Positions 35,959 through 50,867 of a stretch of DNA of 64,000 nt are shown one piece after another. Every line of letters begins with the position of its first letter. The first letter of the stretch is position 1. The stretch is from contig BDGG01000005.1 of NCBI GenBank assembly GCA_001949185.1, positions 1,849,249 to 1,913,248 of the forward strand. The letters are read 5' to 3'. The position numbers and the translations under genes are program-made. This DNA comes from Ramazzottius varieornatus. Lineage: Eukaryota; Animalia; Tardigrada. The notes beneath the pieces are model-generated. The model searched no databases. It was not told the DNA's origin and saw only the letters and a program-made list of their open reading frames with translations.

Positions 35959-37101
35959 ATGAGTGAAGACGATCTCGAAGTAAACGCGGATTCTGATACC
36001 AGTGCTGCGACGGACGATTTATTCTCCGCAGTTACGAGCGCTCTCCGCGAGATGTGTAGGCTAGACGAAGTACTGGACCACCGTCTAAGCACTCATGGAA
36101 GGCGGAAGTCCCATTTGTCTTTACTTTGCGAGATAGACGACGTTATTAGCCAGACCTCTCTCAGTGGACCAGCCGACATGGAAGTGGTCGGTTCCGAGCA
36201 GAGTTCTCCCTGGACAGCCGTTTCTTCTGAACGCCGTTCGCATGAGAGTAATCTAACAATGACGGGAGACGCAACCGAGGCAAGTTTGACCGAGGTGGCC
36301 TACGATAGCGAGCAAAACGATCTCAAGAAAGAGGTGGCAAATTTTCTGTCGAGTACCGATGAGGACTTCAACCGGGAAGCTTTGTCACGTGACGATCTCA
36401 CTGTTTGCGAGGACTTGGAAAGCACGGATACATTCTCAGCTAACGAAGATACTGATCATAGCTACATGCGGAAGTTAACTGATAATGCAACGGAAGTGAT
36501 GGAAAGCCTGGCGAACTCGGTGAAAGATTCGATCGACGGGCCGGACTCTTGCGGCGAATCGAGCAAGCAGACAGCGGACACCGTTGGTGCGGATCTGACT
36601 CTCAGCGCGAAGCGGTTTCTAGCAAGAGAAGTCCAGAAAGCCATGCAGATACGAAACCAGGAACAACTGAGCCTTGCAGACATGAAACGGAAAATTGCGA
36701 ACCTGCGGAAAGCCGCGCAGTCCGACTGGGGCGATGTCGAACAAGCGATCAGTGCTTTGAGAATACCTATTGATATTTCCAGAAAGGACCCTTCGAACCT
36801 TTTGGAGGAACCCACTCGTTTCGCTGACGGAAAGGAATTCAGCCAGATGGATGTGGAAAAAGCCATTAGCGAAAGTTGTACCTGGAAGCGGTGGCGTATT
36901 GCGCTCGCCGACTTGCACAGTTCGCAGTCTTCGGAACTTTTCAACGAGCCCGGTTTTCTTGAAGAGAGCAGTCTAGATAGAGTGACTAGATCTGACTCAG
37001 ATATGATAAACAAGAGAATGAGATCACTGAAGAGTATTGTCAAGAGTGCGAGTCAGGAACTCAACAATTTGAAACGTCTAGACGTAAAACAAGAACACTG
37101 A
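35959..37101 (+). CDS. Intronless acidic, Ser-rich protein with predicted coiled-coil segments, unknown function (380 aa)
   Basis: 1143-bp open frame with ATG in AAAACATG context and protein-like composition; no motif recognised. Confidence 0.65.
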   Translation: MSEDDLEVNADSDTSAATDDLFSAVTSALREMCRLDEVLDHRLSTHGRRKSHLSLLCEIDDVISQTSLSGPADMEVVGSEQSSPWTAVSSERRSHESNLTMTGDATEASLTEVAYDSEQNDLKKEVANFLSSTDEDFNREALSRDDLTVCEDLESTDTFSANEDTDHSYMRKLTDNATEVMESLANSVKDSIDGPDSCGESSKQTADTVGADLTLSAKRFLAREVQKAMQIRNQEQLSLADMKRKIANLRKAAQSDWGDVEQAISALRIPIDISRKDPSNLLEEPTRFADGKEFSQMDVEKAISESCTWKRWRIALADLHSSQSSELFNEPGFLEESSLDRVTRSDSDMINKRMRSLKSIVKSASQELNNLKRLDVKQEH

Positions 37102-37123
37102 AAGGACAAGCCGTAACGCTCCG

Positions 37124-38596
<1,473 letters not shown>

Positions 38597-41500
38597 CTCG
38601 GCTATATGACTTCGGAAATTGATCCGTCCTCAGCAAAATCTCTTCCACGTGTTGTTTTCGAAGACTGTCACATCAGAGTACCGGTGGCCACTCAGAGCTG
38701 ATGTAGCACTTAGCATGGTGGTATCGGTAGCAAACAATCACTACAAACACCAGTGTGTTATTACAGTTCAAGCTGAAGTACCACGAATTATGCATCCAAC
38801 TGCTTTTGTGAACAGCTGTTCTGCAAAGAAGCCACTCGTCGCAGCATCGCTACGGTAACATTCCAACCGCGGGTCTCTGTAACCCGAAACCTCTCCACCA
38901 CGAGCACAGATTATGAATATACTCGTACGGACGGAGCTAGAAGAGGGATCAGGAGGAAATCGCGTGAGGGACCACAGCAGAGCTGACCTTTTTGTCGAAA
39001 AATAAGCACATAGTATTAGGTCTTCACCTATCACTTTGCGGTTTTCGGCGGATCATCTTTGAAACCATTGGGCGACTTTGTCTGACGATTTTTAAAGTCT
39101 AACTTAGGTTGCATGATACCAGCAGTCATTTGTCAATGCAGTATTTTGAAAAAGAAATCTAGCCGCTGTAAACGTCCTAGAAGAAAATAAAAATTGTGGA
39201 AGGAAAGGGGGACACCCAAAACGGAAGCGCATTCGGAAGTTTTCCTCTCTCGACGGCGACGGTCGGAGCCGCAAAGCATTCGATAGTTTACTACTAGGCT
39301 AGAGAAAATCCCAAAGGTGCGTCGTCCACCGTAGAGCCAGTGTTAATGTTATAGCTTACATAATGTTACACGAGGACGAGACAACCCGAAAGCTGCTCGG
39401 TTGTGAGAAAACTCTAGATTACACGTCTAGAAGGCGTAAAACGAAGCTTTGAACCTCCCAAGAAAAGAAAAGTCCCGACCAGAGTACCGATGGAAGTCTA
39501 TTTCGTACTTTGGTTGGGCCGCGCACCGTAGTCACAGTGGACTTTTCTCAATCGGCGCAAACGTGGTCGAGCGCAGGCTGTGCGCCTAGTGGCTAATGCA
39601 CGCGCAGGCAGTTTGAACTTTTGAATTTTCGACGATGAAATTTCCATTTCCGCCACGTGCCCCTGCTGGAATTATAATCACAACCTTGCCCCATCTTTGT
39701 TTGCTCCTTTCTGTCCTGTCCGCTGCCCTGCTCCTAGCTGATATCTTCCAGACATCAACAGCAGTTGCTGCGACGTTCTAGGGACAGTTAATACCCGTTA
39801 CCAGGCACACTCAGCTGAGCTAGGTATTTCTACCGTTGGCAGACAGTTATCATACTTCTGGATGCCTGAGATCTTCTTATATTGGTAGGAGAGCTCTCAT
39901 AACTTATCGCTCTGTAGAACGCGCTGGACTAGAATTAACTTAAGGGTTCTACAATCGACTAGGCTGCGGGAACGTGCTGTTGCACTTGGTTTTGCCTTTT
40001 GTACAACGTGCTCTTTTAAAAGTTATCAAATTCTAACCTTCGTCATCTATATCTTGAAGACATCCTCTATTTATGCTCACAAAATATCTCGCATTTACTT
40101 GGGATGGCAGGTGACAGCGGAGCTGTCGTTATGAACCGGAGAAACCTGTTTTACGAAGCAGGACTTGTGTTAGTAGAAGCTCTTATCAATCTACCTGTAT
40201 GCAATTCCCGATTATAATATTCCATTGGAAGAGGAACGTTTCGTTTTGCAGCCATTCCGTGAACACTATTTCGTGTCGACAGCCGGCTGAACAGAATCGG
40301 ATGGGGAGGAGGCAGCAAAAGCATTTTTGGGTCTAGAGAAGATGATCGAAAGTCACAACTAAACGGGAGGATTGGAAAGCGGTGAACAAGAACATAAGAC
40401 CTGTTAGGAATTGTTTTCACATCACCCGGCTGACTGCCAGACTGTCATGTTACTACCTGACATGACAGCCTGTCAGCCAGCTCCAACTTGATCTTTCGAC
40501 GAAAGACGAGCCAAGTCGGTCGTATCAATTATCATTTCGGGTGGACCGGATCATCAGTCTGGGTGGACACTCAAACAATCCATCAGACAGAATTCAACGA
40601 AAAGTCAACAGGAGCAAGAAATCAATCGAAGTTGAAATCCAGCGGTGAATTTGTCAGTCAAGTAATCAGTTACACATTTGATTGATTGATTTGCCAATCT
40701 AGAATGCACAGGCGATGCGCACAAATGTGCAATTTAGTAGACCCATGGTACACACGGTTACGTACACAGACGCTCTCATGCAGGAGTGTACGCCGAACCC
40801 ACGATTCATTTTTCATGGGCTCATACCACTGCGAAATGACCACACTCGTGTTCAATTCAGTTCAATGTATTTTCCGTGGTTTCTGACGGAAGCTGCACCG
40901 CAGTACGTATAGATATGCCAAAGATACAAGTTTGCTTTTTGTTGGTGGCAGCCCGTAGGAGGTTCAAAACGTGAAATGGAGGGTGTCCTTGAATAACCGA
41001 GCAGTTTTCGGGTTGCCTAGTGTAACGCTATGCAGGCTATAGGGTCTCAGCTATCACGCGAAAGCATTGATATCTTGATCGGCGAGTGACATGAGCTGAA
41101 TGGTCCCTCGCGAGAATCTTCCGGGACAGGCTGAGCCTCGTTAGCTTAATGGCTCCGCACTGGACCGCACGCTCCAACCTCTAAGGATGTTTTAAGACAG
41201 CCACAGAGTCACGAACAGACGATACGATCAAGCGGAAACCTTGACGTCATCCATTGAGCGTGGGGATTTTTCCTCTGATGGAACCAATAATACCACTTGG
41301 CCGGATGCCAATAGAAAAGAGGACGTTGGCAGGTCGTGCGGGTGAAAACGTGACGTCAATATGGTAAAGTACGATTGAACACTGCGTCTGCCTCGATTGT
41401 GCGTGCGTAACACGTCCTGGACTCCTGATTCTACTTTACTATACGCAACTTTGCTGGCGAGTGATAGCGTGGTGCTTTTTCCTCCGACATCCGCTCTTCG

Positions 41501-41979
41501 TTCCTTCTCACTCCTTGGCCAACACTTTCCCTTTCCAGATGCGTGGGACGACTCCCGAATGGAGATCAGTCAAAAATAAATTGACTTTGTTTAGCGAAAC
41601 GTCAAGATTTTCGATTCTCGTGGTGCCAACGTTTTATATTGGCATCGAGCTCCACCCCTTTCACTTTTGGGACGAATGGTCTGTCAAGTTTCTGATTTCT
41701 AATGGCACGGCATCCAGCCAATTAACATTTTACCGTCTTTCACTCTTTCCTTCCGCCGCTGAGCAACTCTCGTATAGTCCAATACTTCCAGTTCCTTACA
41801 GCAGTGCAAGTCTAACAGCGCCGGCGATAAGAGTAGCTGCTTTCTTTCTGAACTCCTTGAAGGATATTCGCCAAAGCATTCACCGCTGACATTCCTTCTA
41901 CTAACGTCTGCTGTCGCCTAGCTCCCATCTTCAATTTTGCAAAAAAATTTTACTTATATTTTAACTCCACGCCGTCACG

Positions 41980-44015
41980 ATGTCGACAAAGACCGTCAAG
42001 GAACAGTTGTTTCAGATGGTGAAGGAGGTAGAAGACATCGCCCTGACCAAAGTCACCATCGTCGGGGTCGGACAGGTACGTTTTCGCAGTGCACGTCTGC
42101 GCAGCTTGTAAATGATCCGCAAACAGAATCCGAAAATCTTGTTTCTAGCCACAGTCATGGTTCTTTCAGGTTGGAATGGCATGTGCCTACTCGATGGTTA
42201 ACAAAGTACGTCCAGAATCAACGATTTACGATGAGCAGCAATTTTAATTGGGTTTAGTTGTGAGAATTCCGGATCAAATGTATCGTGTAAAGCAATTCAG
42301 TCAATCAAGTTACAGCTTACGTCACTGCGACGCTTGATTGTATCAGAGCGTTTGGCTTGATCGCCGGTGTCTGGCTGGTGTCTCAGCCAATTGATCTGAC
42401 TCTGAATACTGTTTTCCTGTAGCGTGTCGTCAGTGAGTTATGCCTGGTCGATGTCGACGAGAAGAAACTTCAGGGGGAACTGATGGACTTACAGGTATTT
42501 GAACCTTGACTGCTGCTGCATTCCGTCGAAGGTTTCGCCCAGTCACGTGATAGGCCTAATAAATAATCCCTGGGGCTATTACCATAATTTATTTGCCTGT
42601 CACGTGACTGCGCGAATTTTTCAAGGGAATACAGTACTTCCGGTGTGACATTCCAGTGCTGGCAATTCTGTTTCGTTGTATCCCGTATAGCATGGGATGC
42701 AGTTTGTCGGAAACATCAAGCTTCAAGCTGGCACGAACTACGAACTTACTGCCGGCTCCAAGTTATGCATCCTCACAGCCGGTAAGCACTCCAAAGTTTA
42801 ATCAGACGCACCAACGCGGTAAACATCCTTTTGGAAACCGACCTCTTCTTTACAGGAGTGCGCCAGAGAGAGGGGGAAGATCGACGTAGTCTTCTGGATC
42901 GAAACGTCAGCATTTTCAAAGGTGAGCCACCAAAAGCTTTTCTTTTTCTGATGAAATCCTCCTCGAGCATTGCGTGACAGGTATCGTTCCTGAGCTGGTC
43001 AAGTACAGCCCGGACACGATCCTCCTGGTGGTCTCCAACCCGGTGGACGTCATGGCGTACATAACTTGGAAGCTGAGCGGACTACCGTCTCATCGGGTCT
43101 TCGGCTCGGGAACATCGCTGGATTCTAGTCGCTTGCGTCATCAGATGAGCGAGCGCCTCGGTATCGACCCGACCAGCTGCCACGGCTACGTCATCGGAGA
43201 ACATGGCGAATCCAGCGGTAAAAGGCCTCAAATCAACCTCGAAAAATTTTTAGACAATTTTTATGATAAGACTAGGAAGCTCGAGGCTAGTAAATATAAT
43301 ATTTTATCTTACGTGGCGCACGCCAGTCAAGTTAGTAATGATGCATACAGGCGCCGGTTGAGAAGTGATCTTGTTGAGTTTTCCAAGTGGCGCACGATAG
43401 TATTCAGCATGATTGTCCACGTGCGCCACTTATGACAAGGATCTTGTACGTTTCTTTCGCTGGCTTCTACGTTGATATTCCTATACTGGTATTTTTTTCA
43501 GTGGTCGTTTGGAGTGGGTTGAACGTGTCCGGAGTTCGCCTGGTCGATCTCAACCCGAAAATCGGCACAGAGGAAGATCCAGAGAGATGGGTGGATGTTC
43601 ACAAACAAGTCATCAATGGGTTCGTTGATCGAATCTTTCTTTGTACTGACACATGCTTTTAACGCTTCACTGGCGATGTCTCTCTCTCTCGATAGTGTAA
43701 TCGAACTGTACTGTTGCACGTTGTAGAGCGACCGACGTAATCAAGCTGAAAGGCTACACTTCCTGGGCCATTGGGTTGTGTGTGTCGGAGTTGGCAGCCT
43801 GCGTACTGCGCAACAAGAAGACGGTCTATCCGTTGTCGACCATGGCCAAGGGGGTGCAGGGAATCGAGCACGAAATCTTTGTCAGTCTGCCGTGCACTCT
43901 CTCCCAGAATGGCGTGAATGCCATCATCAACATGAAATTGACGGACAGCGAACGCAGCAAGCTACAGAAATCCGCTGATGAGTTGCACGAACTCTTCAAG
44001 ACTGCCAAGATCTGA
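41980..44015 (+). CDS. Ldh: L-lactate dehydrogenase, multi-exon
   Basis: [85 protein letters not shown]. Confidence 0.96.
42516..42634. mobile_element. Separate foldback element with CACGTG-containing arms (LDH intron)
   Basis: CTGCATTCC..TTCGCCCAGTCACGTGATAGGC..ATAAAT ... ATTTAT..GCCTGTCACGTGACTGCGCGAA..GGAATACAG. Confidence 0.75.
43273..43470. mobile_element. Family A foldback element, double-core (LDH intron)
   Basis: ACGTGGCGCAC-N27-AGGCGCCGGTTG and CAAGTGGCGCAC-N25-GTGCGCCACTT. Confidence 0.8.
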
Positions 44016-45448
44016 ATGGTTCCTCGGTGCGAAGGTTGATGCTGAAACTTACTGATAAGGTATTTGTATGGCGGTTATAATATTTTTTGGTTTAAAGCCA
44101 TCCGTTTTGTGGCAGCATTTCCTATCGGCAGCTCAAAGCCGGTTCCCTTTGGTTCCACCTGCTGATTTTATGGATTTTCATTGGCATGCGCTTATGTTTA
44201 AGCAATGTTGTCCTGGCTGAAGAGTAGTGTAATTATCGATTCAAAACACTTTTGTCTTGCCTATATTATATCACATGATGCTATGTTGATGTATCCTCGA
44301 TGCGGTAGCTGTCCGGTTTTTTTTCCCCCACAAACAATAACACTATAGTTACAGCTTCCTTCGCTGTTACTAGCGGCTCAAAGATCTCACCTGGATAACT
44401 TCAGCCCGAGGAATGGTTCACGTCACGGTTGTGTTGTATTTCCAAGGGATTACAATGGAGGCGTAAAATGATATTCATATACGACGGAATTGTCCGAAAA
44501 TTGTCATGAGTATGACCCTGAACACGGGCCATTATCAAACGGTCCCTGAGCCTCAGACATCATACAATGCAGAAATCTGTACTGTACTGTACACCACACG
44601 GCCAGATTTTGACGGAGAACGCAAAGATATGTTAGAAGTGGGAAACTCTGCTAGAAAACCGTGGAGGGATCCTACGCTCCGGTCGACGAGCTGGAATGCG
44701 TAAGCTGGAATGCGATCTTTCCTGTATACTTCTTATGGCGCTTTCTCGTTGATATGGGTCTTACATAACCCTAAATTGATTTGCCATAGGTGTCACAAAG
44801 GCCGGCATCTTTGTTCATCTTTGTTCAGAAATAAAAATCAATTTGGGCATTGTAGATTCCCTGGATTTTCGGAACTAACACGGAAGAAAGGGATACTTAT
44901 GGTCCGCGATGGATTACCCGGGCGCCCGTTATACATCGCATGTGTTGGTTTCGTTCCAGCGGCATACATTCGGACCGATCGACGATCGATCAGGAATTTT
45001 TTGCTGTAACGATCCGTTAACGTTACAGCATCTCAACGTGGTCAATAGTCAACAATATTGATTTGCTAGGATCGCGTAAACAGCAGAGCATACCGGCATC
45101 TGCCTTCAGTGCGCTAAGAACACTTGAGGTCTAAAGCCAAGACAATACGGTAAATATTTGGGTCGCAAGTATCCGAAGACTAGGGGCCAGGGCTCGCAGT
45201 ATTTACAACATCGTTATGTTAGAGACTCACCCGCATTTTTGTTCGAAGTCTTGTGCGAGAAAACAGAAATTGATTGTTGGTGCTGAGTCGGAAATATTCG
45301 CGCGGCGGATGTAAGCTATAAAATGCGAACCAATGGCTACAGTTAGCATCAAAAACCCAGACATCCAAGTCTTTACCTTTTTTATGTTGGTTCCCCTTTT
45401 ATAGGTGCGTTCATCAAGCTGAGAATGGCTTTCGGAAAATATCACCAG

Positions 45449-46958
45449 ATGGAAGCCGTGATTGGGCTTCTGGTCTTATGGTGTGTGGTGGCGCTCTCTT
45501 CCGTCTGTGACGGTGCGACCATCGGTCGATTCGAAGCCGATGAAGCGTTGTCTGAAAGGAGTCAGATCAACAAGAACCCACTCTATACGACATGGGAAAA
45601 CCCGCAGGAGATCCTGTATCGATTTGACACGGACTTCACGTACTCCGATACACAGCGACTGCTTATCGAAGACGCGATGAGTTTTGTCACTTCTGACATG
45701 AAGGAATGCATTCGCTTCGTCAGATGGAACCGCACTCTGCACAACGGCAGGGATCACCTCGTCATTGCAAAGACCTTCAACACTGGGTAAAAGATTCGAA
45801 TTGTTTTAAAAACGGCGGTTAACATGGGTCATTGGAAAGCTGATGATTGGCTGTTTCTCGCAGGGCACTATGCGAAACGTGCTTTTCCTTCCCTGGAAGA
45901 CTGCTTCGAGCACAGGGAGGACTGGGACAAAAGCTGTGTATGGTGGACGGAACTAATGGTTGCCTGAACACAACGGAACTGGCCCCAGTTCGTGGGAGGG
46001 AAGTGATGAAATACTTGGTCAGCAGCCTAGGTCTTCGTAACGAGCTTTCGAGACCGGACAGAGATGAGTTTGTCACGGTTTTCCCGGAGAACATTCAAGT
46101 CGGTACGTAGTATTTCGGAACCCTCAAAGTGTCGAAATATGGTACCAAGCGCGGTCTCCTTCTTTGTTGCAGCACTCCGTAGTCTGGACCTGACAAAGAA
46201 GTATGACCCTAACAACGTATTCAATGCAACCGAATTCGACTTGAACTCCATCACTTTACCTGATCCCTTCAAGTACACGATAGCCGGAAGAGGGCCGCTG
46301 TACCAACCGAAGCAACGCATAATCAGGGCCCCTTTAGAAGCTTCTCTAAGCTCGAGCGACAAAATTGGCGTAGCTAGGTTATATCCACAATGCCTTGCCG
46401 CGGGTAACGTTCTCTCACAAAGAACTTCCAAATGTCATTTTTACCATGATGTTTAGAACTTTGTTTCTTGCAGTGGAGGGAACAACTTCAACGACCTCGA
46501 AACCGGCAACTCTGTCCACAACCGCAACTACAGATCCCCTTGATCCTGGTACCGAACTGCCTCCCACCGGTTCGCCGGCGACTAGTACGGGAGGCGGAGA
46601 GCCCGGCACTGGCTTACCACCTACCGCTACCGCAGGAAGCCCTGGTCCCATAGTTCCTGACGTAGATGATGGCTCACCACCAACAGCCCTGCCAGGCAGT
46701 GACGCTGTGGACGTGGAAGAAGTAAGCGCAAGAGAAACAGGCATGGACAGACGATCATTCGAACAGCAGAACGTACCTGGTGCTTCTTTGAACGTCACTG
46801 CACTTGATGGGGGACCCACAGGAAAAGATGCAACCGCTGGCGTTACATCGTTCGAAGGACAGAAAGGGTCCACTGTTCCATCAAACATTACTGCTTCCGT
46901 GAAGGGATCGGATGCGATCAAAGCTGCCGAGAAGGTGCACAACGTCAAGCTGGTATAA
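45449..46958 (+). CDS. Secreted astacin-like protein lacking zinc ligands, with Thr/Pro/Gly-rich tail (4 exons)
   Basis: Signal peptide; IEDAM...CIRFV; CFSFPG; KYLVSSLGLRNELSRPDRDEFVTVFPENIQ aligns to the astacin motif HExxHxxGxxHExxRxDRD; LSSSDKIGVARLYPQC. Confidence 0.82.
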
Positions 46959-48998
46959 TTCCAGCTGGAGCCACCAGTGTACAGTAGAGGCTATGGTTGC
47001 TTGAAACAGTTAGATTCAATCCATGCTTATTACTTTTATCCTTGGCATCTCACAGTCAGAGTTTCGATAGTCAAAGTTTCCTCGTTCGTGCCTTGTTGAG
47101 CTATCCCATGTTTTTCATCTGCATTCATCTGGTTCGACATAAGCGATTTGAGCTTTGCATTCACACTGCAATTATCTTGTCTTTCAGTATGAAATTGCCG
47201 TTTTGCGAGCCCTTAATTCAAAAAATTCTAACTCTGGTTTGAAGCGATATTTCGACCCTTTCTATCTTGCTGAGCATAATGTACGGTGTCGTCTTTCGTG
47301 AGAGCATAAGGAAGCTCCACTTCAACCTTGCGGTCGATTGCTGAAGCTGATTCTGTTTGTGGCGTAGTTTGAAAATGTTGACGCCTTTGTCAGAAAAATT
47401 CTTTTGTTACCACCAGAGGTTTCAAATCTGCACTTCATCTCGAAATGTACAACAACGAGAGGGCTATCGATTGCCCGTTCTAGTTTTGACGAAGCATGTA
47501 CTGTTTGGAAAACTTCCGGGTGCGATACGACAGCCGAAAAACGTCATCTTTCTCAACGAAAGTTTCTTCTTCCCCGGGGGCCGGGCAGAGCGAATCTTCC
47601 AAAACTTCAAACACTGATCGAAGATAACTTGGCACACCTGAAGAAAGTCTTGTTGTTTGAGTTCATCAATAATACAACTGATGAAATGGAAAAACATCAT
47701 CACCCCACTAAATTCGCACACGTGGTTCCCGGCAATTCACCACCATCGTTTTAACACCCTGATTACCACCGTACTCATTGTGAGTACAATACGGCGCTTT
47801 TTCGCTCCCCATAATTTCCATTTTGCCCGGTTTGAATCAAACTTTTTTTCATTGCCTGGTCTGCGGTCTTATCACCGAAACGCAGCTGATGACCACTGGT
47901 CAGTACAACTTCCGCAGGCTGGAAAAACACCTTACGATTTCGGGGAGTTTCGGGAGTATTTTGGGTTTCCTGTCTTTGCTCGAGATACCTAGCTACCATC
48001 TGTTTAGAAAAAAAATGGAACACTAAGGAGAGCTTCCTCTACCGATACTAGGCTTGGGACAAACTTGGTGTCATCGGTGCGTCCAGGAAAAAAATCAAAA
48101 CGGCCAGGGCTACTTTTCCCACGTTGGCCTTTACGGCCTCCCACGTTGGCCTTTACGGTCTGAAAGTTGTCTATTGGTTAATTTGGGTTACGCCTTCCAG
48201 TTTCCTCCATTTAAAGTTCTGTGCTCACTGTGAGTACGCTGGTAATCTGCCGACACAAAAAGCTTGGTATTCAGGGTGGTAAACAACTTTTTCTTTTGCA
48301 AGACCCCGAAGGATTTTCTTGCTTTCTTTTCTGGGAGCGATATCTCAGAGCTTCTATTACAAATAGACCGTCTTGCCGGTGAGGTAGTGCAGCTGAATGT
48401 GCGATAGAAAATTCGGAAAATGGTTCTGGTTAGACACGCATCGCTATTATTTTAAACTTTTTCCTACGTCCCGTTTTCAACGCTTCGACTGGGTTTTGCT
48501 AGAAAAAAAGATGAGAAGACCTGGTTACTGGAGTTGAATATCAGCCGAACTTCAAAAGCGGTGTTGCGACTTCAAAATGAAATTTAACAGATCGACCCTG
48601 AAAAACGGCGACTTCATACTGAATGACCTGATATACTATGTACTCATACGCAAGATTCTAAATATGACAGACATGGGAATTCGCTTTACGCCTGATACAT
48701 ACATACAGTATGTATGTACAAGATGACCGGTACAAACGTCCTTGCTCTCAATCTACTCCCACCTTTGTTTAAATCCTCAAGCTTACACTGCTCTAGTATC
48801 CGGATTTTTGTTCGAAGCTCGAATTTCATCTAAGTGCAGTGCAAAGCACGAAGTCATTCTACTGTACTGCTCGCACCGAACCACGCCCTCGACCTAAGAA
48901 AAGCGAGGTCTCAACCATCATGGATCAAACAGTCATATTCTTCTCCAAAGTTGGTCGAATTGCGTCCAGTTGGAATGAGATTCGCAAACTACGGACAG

Positions 48999-50785
48999 AT
49001 GGAAACGATCGCCGGTTTCCGAGTTTTGTTGAGCGCAATAATGTTCTGTTCGCTTTGCCATGGAGCAACTATTGGACGTTTTGAATCTGATGAACTATTG
49101 TCTGAGAGGAGCCAGATCAACCGAAACCCTTTGTATACCACATGGGAAAATTCACTGGAAATTCTGTACCGCTTTGACTCGGATCTTGCATATTCGGACA
49201 TCGAGCGCCGATTGATAAGAGACTCTATGGACAAAATCACTTCCGACATGAAGGAATGTCTCCGATTTATCCCATGGGATCGAAGTACGCATGCCGGCAG
49301 GGATCATCTGGTTATCGCAAAGACATTTAACGACGGGTAAGGCAAACAACAAAAATATCGACCAAAGAAAGACCAAGTTCTAGACTGGCATTAATCGGAA
49401 GGAATATTTTGCCTTAGCGCACGCTGTGAGACGTGCTTTTCATTCCCCGGAAAAAAGATTCGAACACCTGGAGCTACTGGACATGGTCAGAAATTGTGCT
49501 TGGTGGACGGCAGTAATGGCTGCCTGAATGTGAGAGAGTCCGACGCTTCAGTTCGTGGAAGGGAAGTCATGAAGTACCTGGTCAACAGCCTGGGTGTCCG
49601 CAACGAGCTGTCAAGGCCTGACAGAGACCAGTTTATATCGGTGTTTCCGGAGCACATTCAACCAGGTACGGTCTTCCAGAATCCGCAGTGTTAACGTCGC
49701 AGTAATAATATTACTGGTTGTTTTGTAGAGCTTCGACAGCTGAATCTGACCAGGAAGTACGAAGAAGCCAATGTACTTACCACAAGCCCTTTCGACTTCA
49801 ATTCCATCACTCTACCGGACCCTTTCAAATATACGGTACCCGGAAGTGGACCACTGTATCAGCCAAAGGTTCCCATGGTGGTGAAGTCCCTGGTGGCTTC
49901 GTTGAGCACTGACGATAAAAGTGGACTGGCCCTTTTATATCCGAGCTGTATGGTAGCAGGTAGTGCACACATCTTCCATTCAACCTTACTATCCTTTCTC
50001 TCGGCCGTTTTACTTCAAACTCATTCATATTTCCAGTGGAAGAGAGGCCGTCAACGACCTCGACACCGACGACCCGTGTCACAACTGAAGTTCCTCCAGA
50101 GTCCAGCACCATACTCCCGACATCAGTGACGTCGACCCGGTCGCCAACAACTGCTCCACCACCAACGACACCGACACTTACAACGCCATCCGTGACGACA
50201 CCACCATCAACAACACCACAAGTCGTCACAACACCGTCACCAGAGACAACGCCATCGGTATCGACGTCGACACCGCCATCATCGACGCTCCAAAGCACAT
50301 CATCAGGCACCGAACCGACCGGAACGGAGCAGCCAGTGACCGAGCCAACACTGACGCCTGGTCCCGAAGTACCTAACACCGATCTACCTAGCCACTCTGA
50401 ATCACCAGTGACTTCTAGTCCTGGGGTCGAGATACCTGCCACCGATTTACCTGGACAAACTGGGCCACCAGTAACTTGGGGTTCTGGTGGCGAAGTACCT
50501 CTCACTGAATTACCTCAGCACACTGGGCCAACACCAACGACTAGTCATGGCGGTGGAATTCCTATCACCAGTCTACCCGGACAGTCAGGTCCACCTGTGA
50601 CTTCTGGCCCGGGAGGGGAATCACCGGGGACAGACCTACCGGTAGTATCTGCTCCTACCGATCCAGCTTTCATGAACCCCGAGAGGGGTTCGTTACTACC
50701 CATGTTACTAAACGGCCCAGTGCAGGATGTGGTAGAAGAACGAACAAAGAACAGTGCAGCCACTGGACGACCATTGAAATCGTAG
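48999..50785 (+). CDS. Secreted astacin-like protein lacking zinc ligands, paralog, with mucin-like Thr/Pro/Ser tail (4 exons)
   Basis: Same exon structure as 45449-46958; KYLVNSLGVRNELSRPDRDQFISVFPEHIQ; last exon ~50037-50785 is T/P/S-rich with PGxEIPxTDLP-type repeats. Confidence 0.82.
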
Positions 50786-50867
50786 AAGCTTTTGGCCCAT
50801 TCTTAGAAACCTCTGCTTGCGAGAGAGAAAGTAGAGGCACAACTGCATAGCCTGAGCAAAATATCGC

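Noticed and set aside
39550-41420. Several RCGTG (HRE-like) motifs upstream of LDH
   Set aside because: A 5-mer is expected often by chance at this GC content; no further support.
47300-48160. Short ORFs and a 21-bp tandem duplication between the astacin-like genes as a transposase remnant
   Set aside because: No DDE or other TE motif recognised and no TIRs found.
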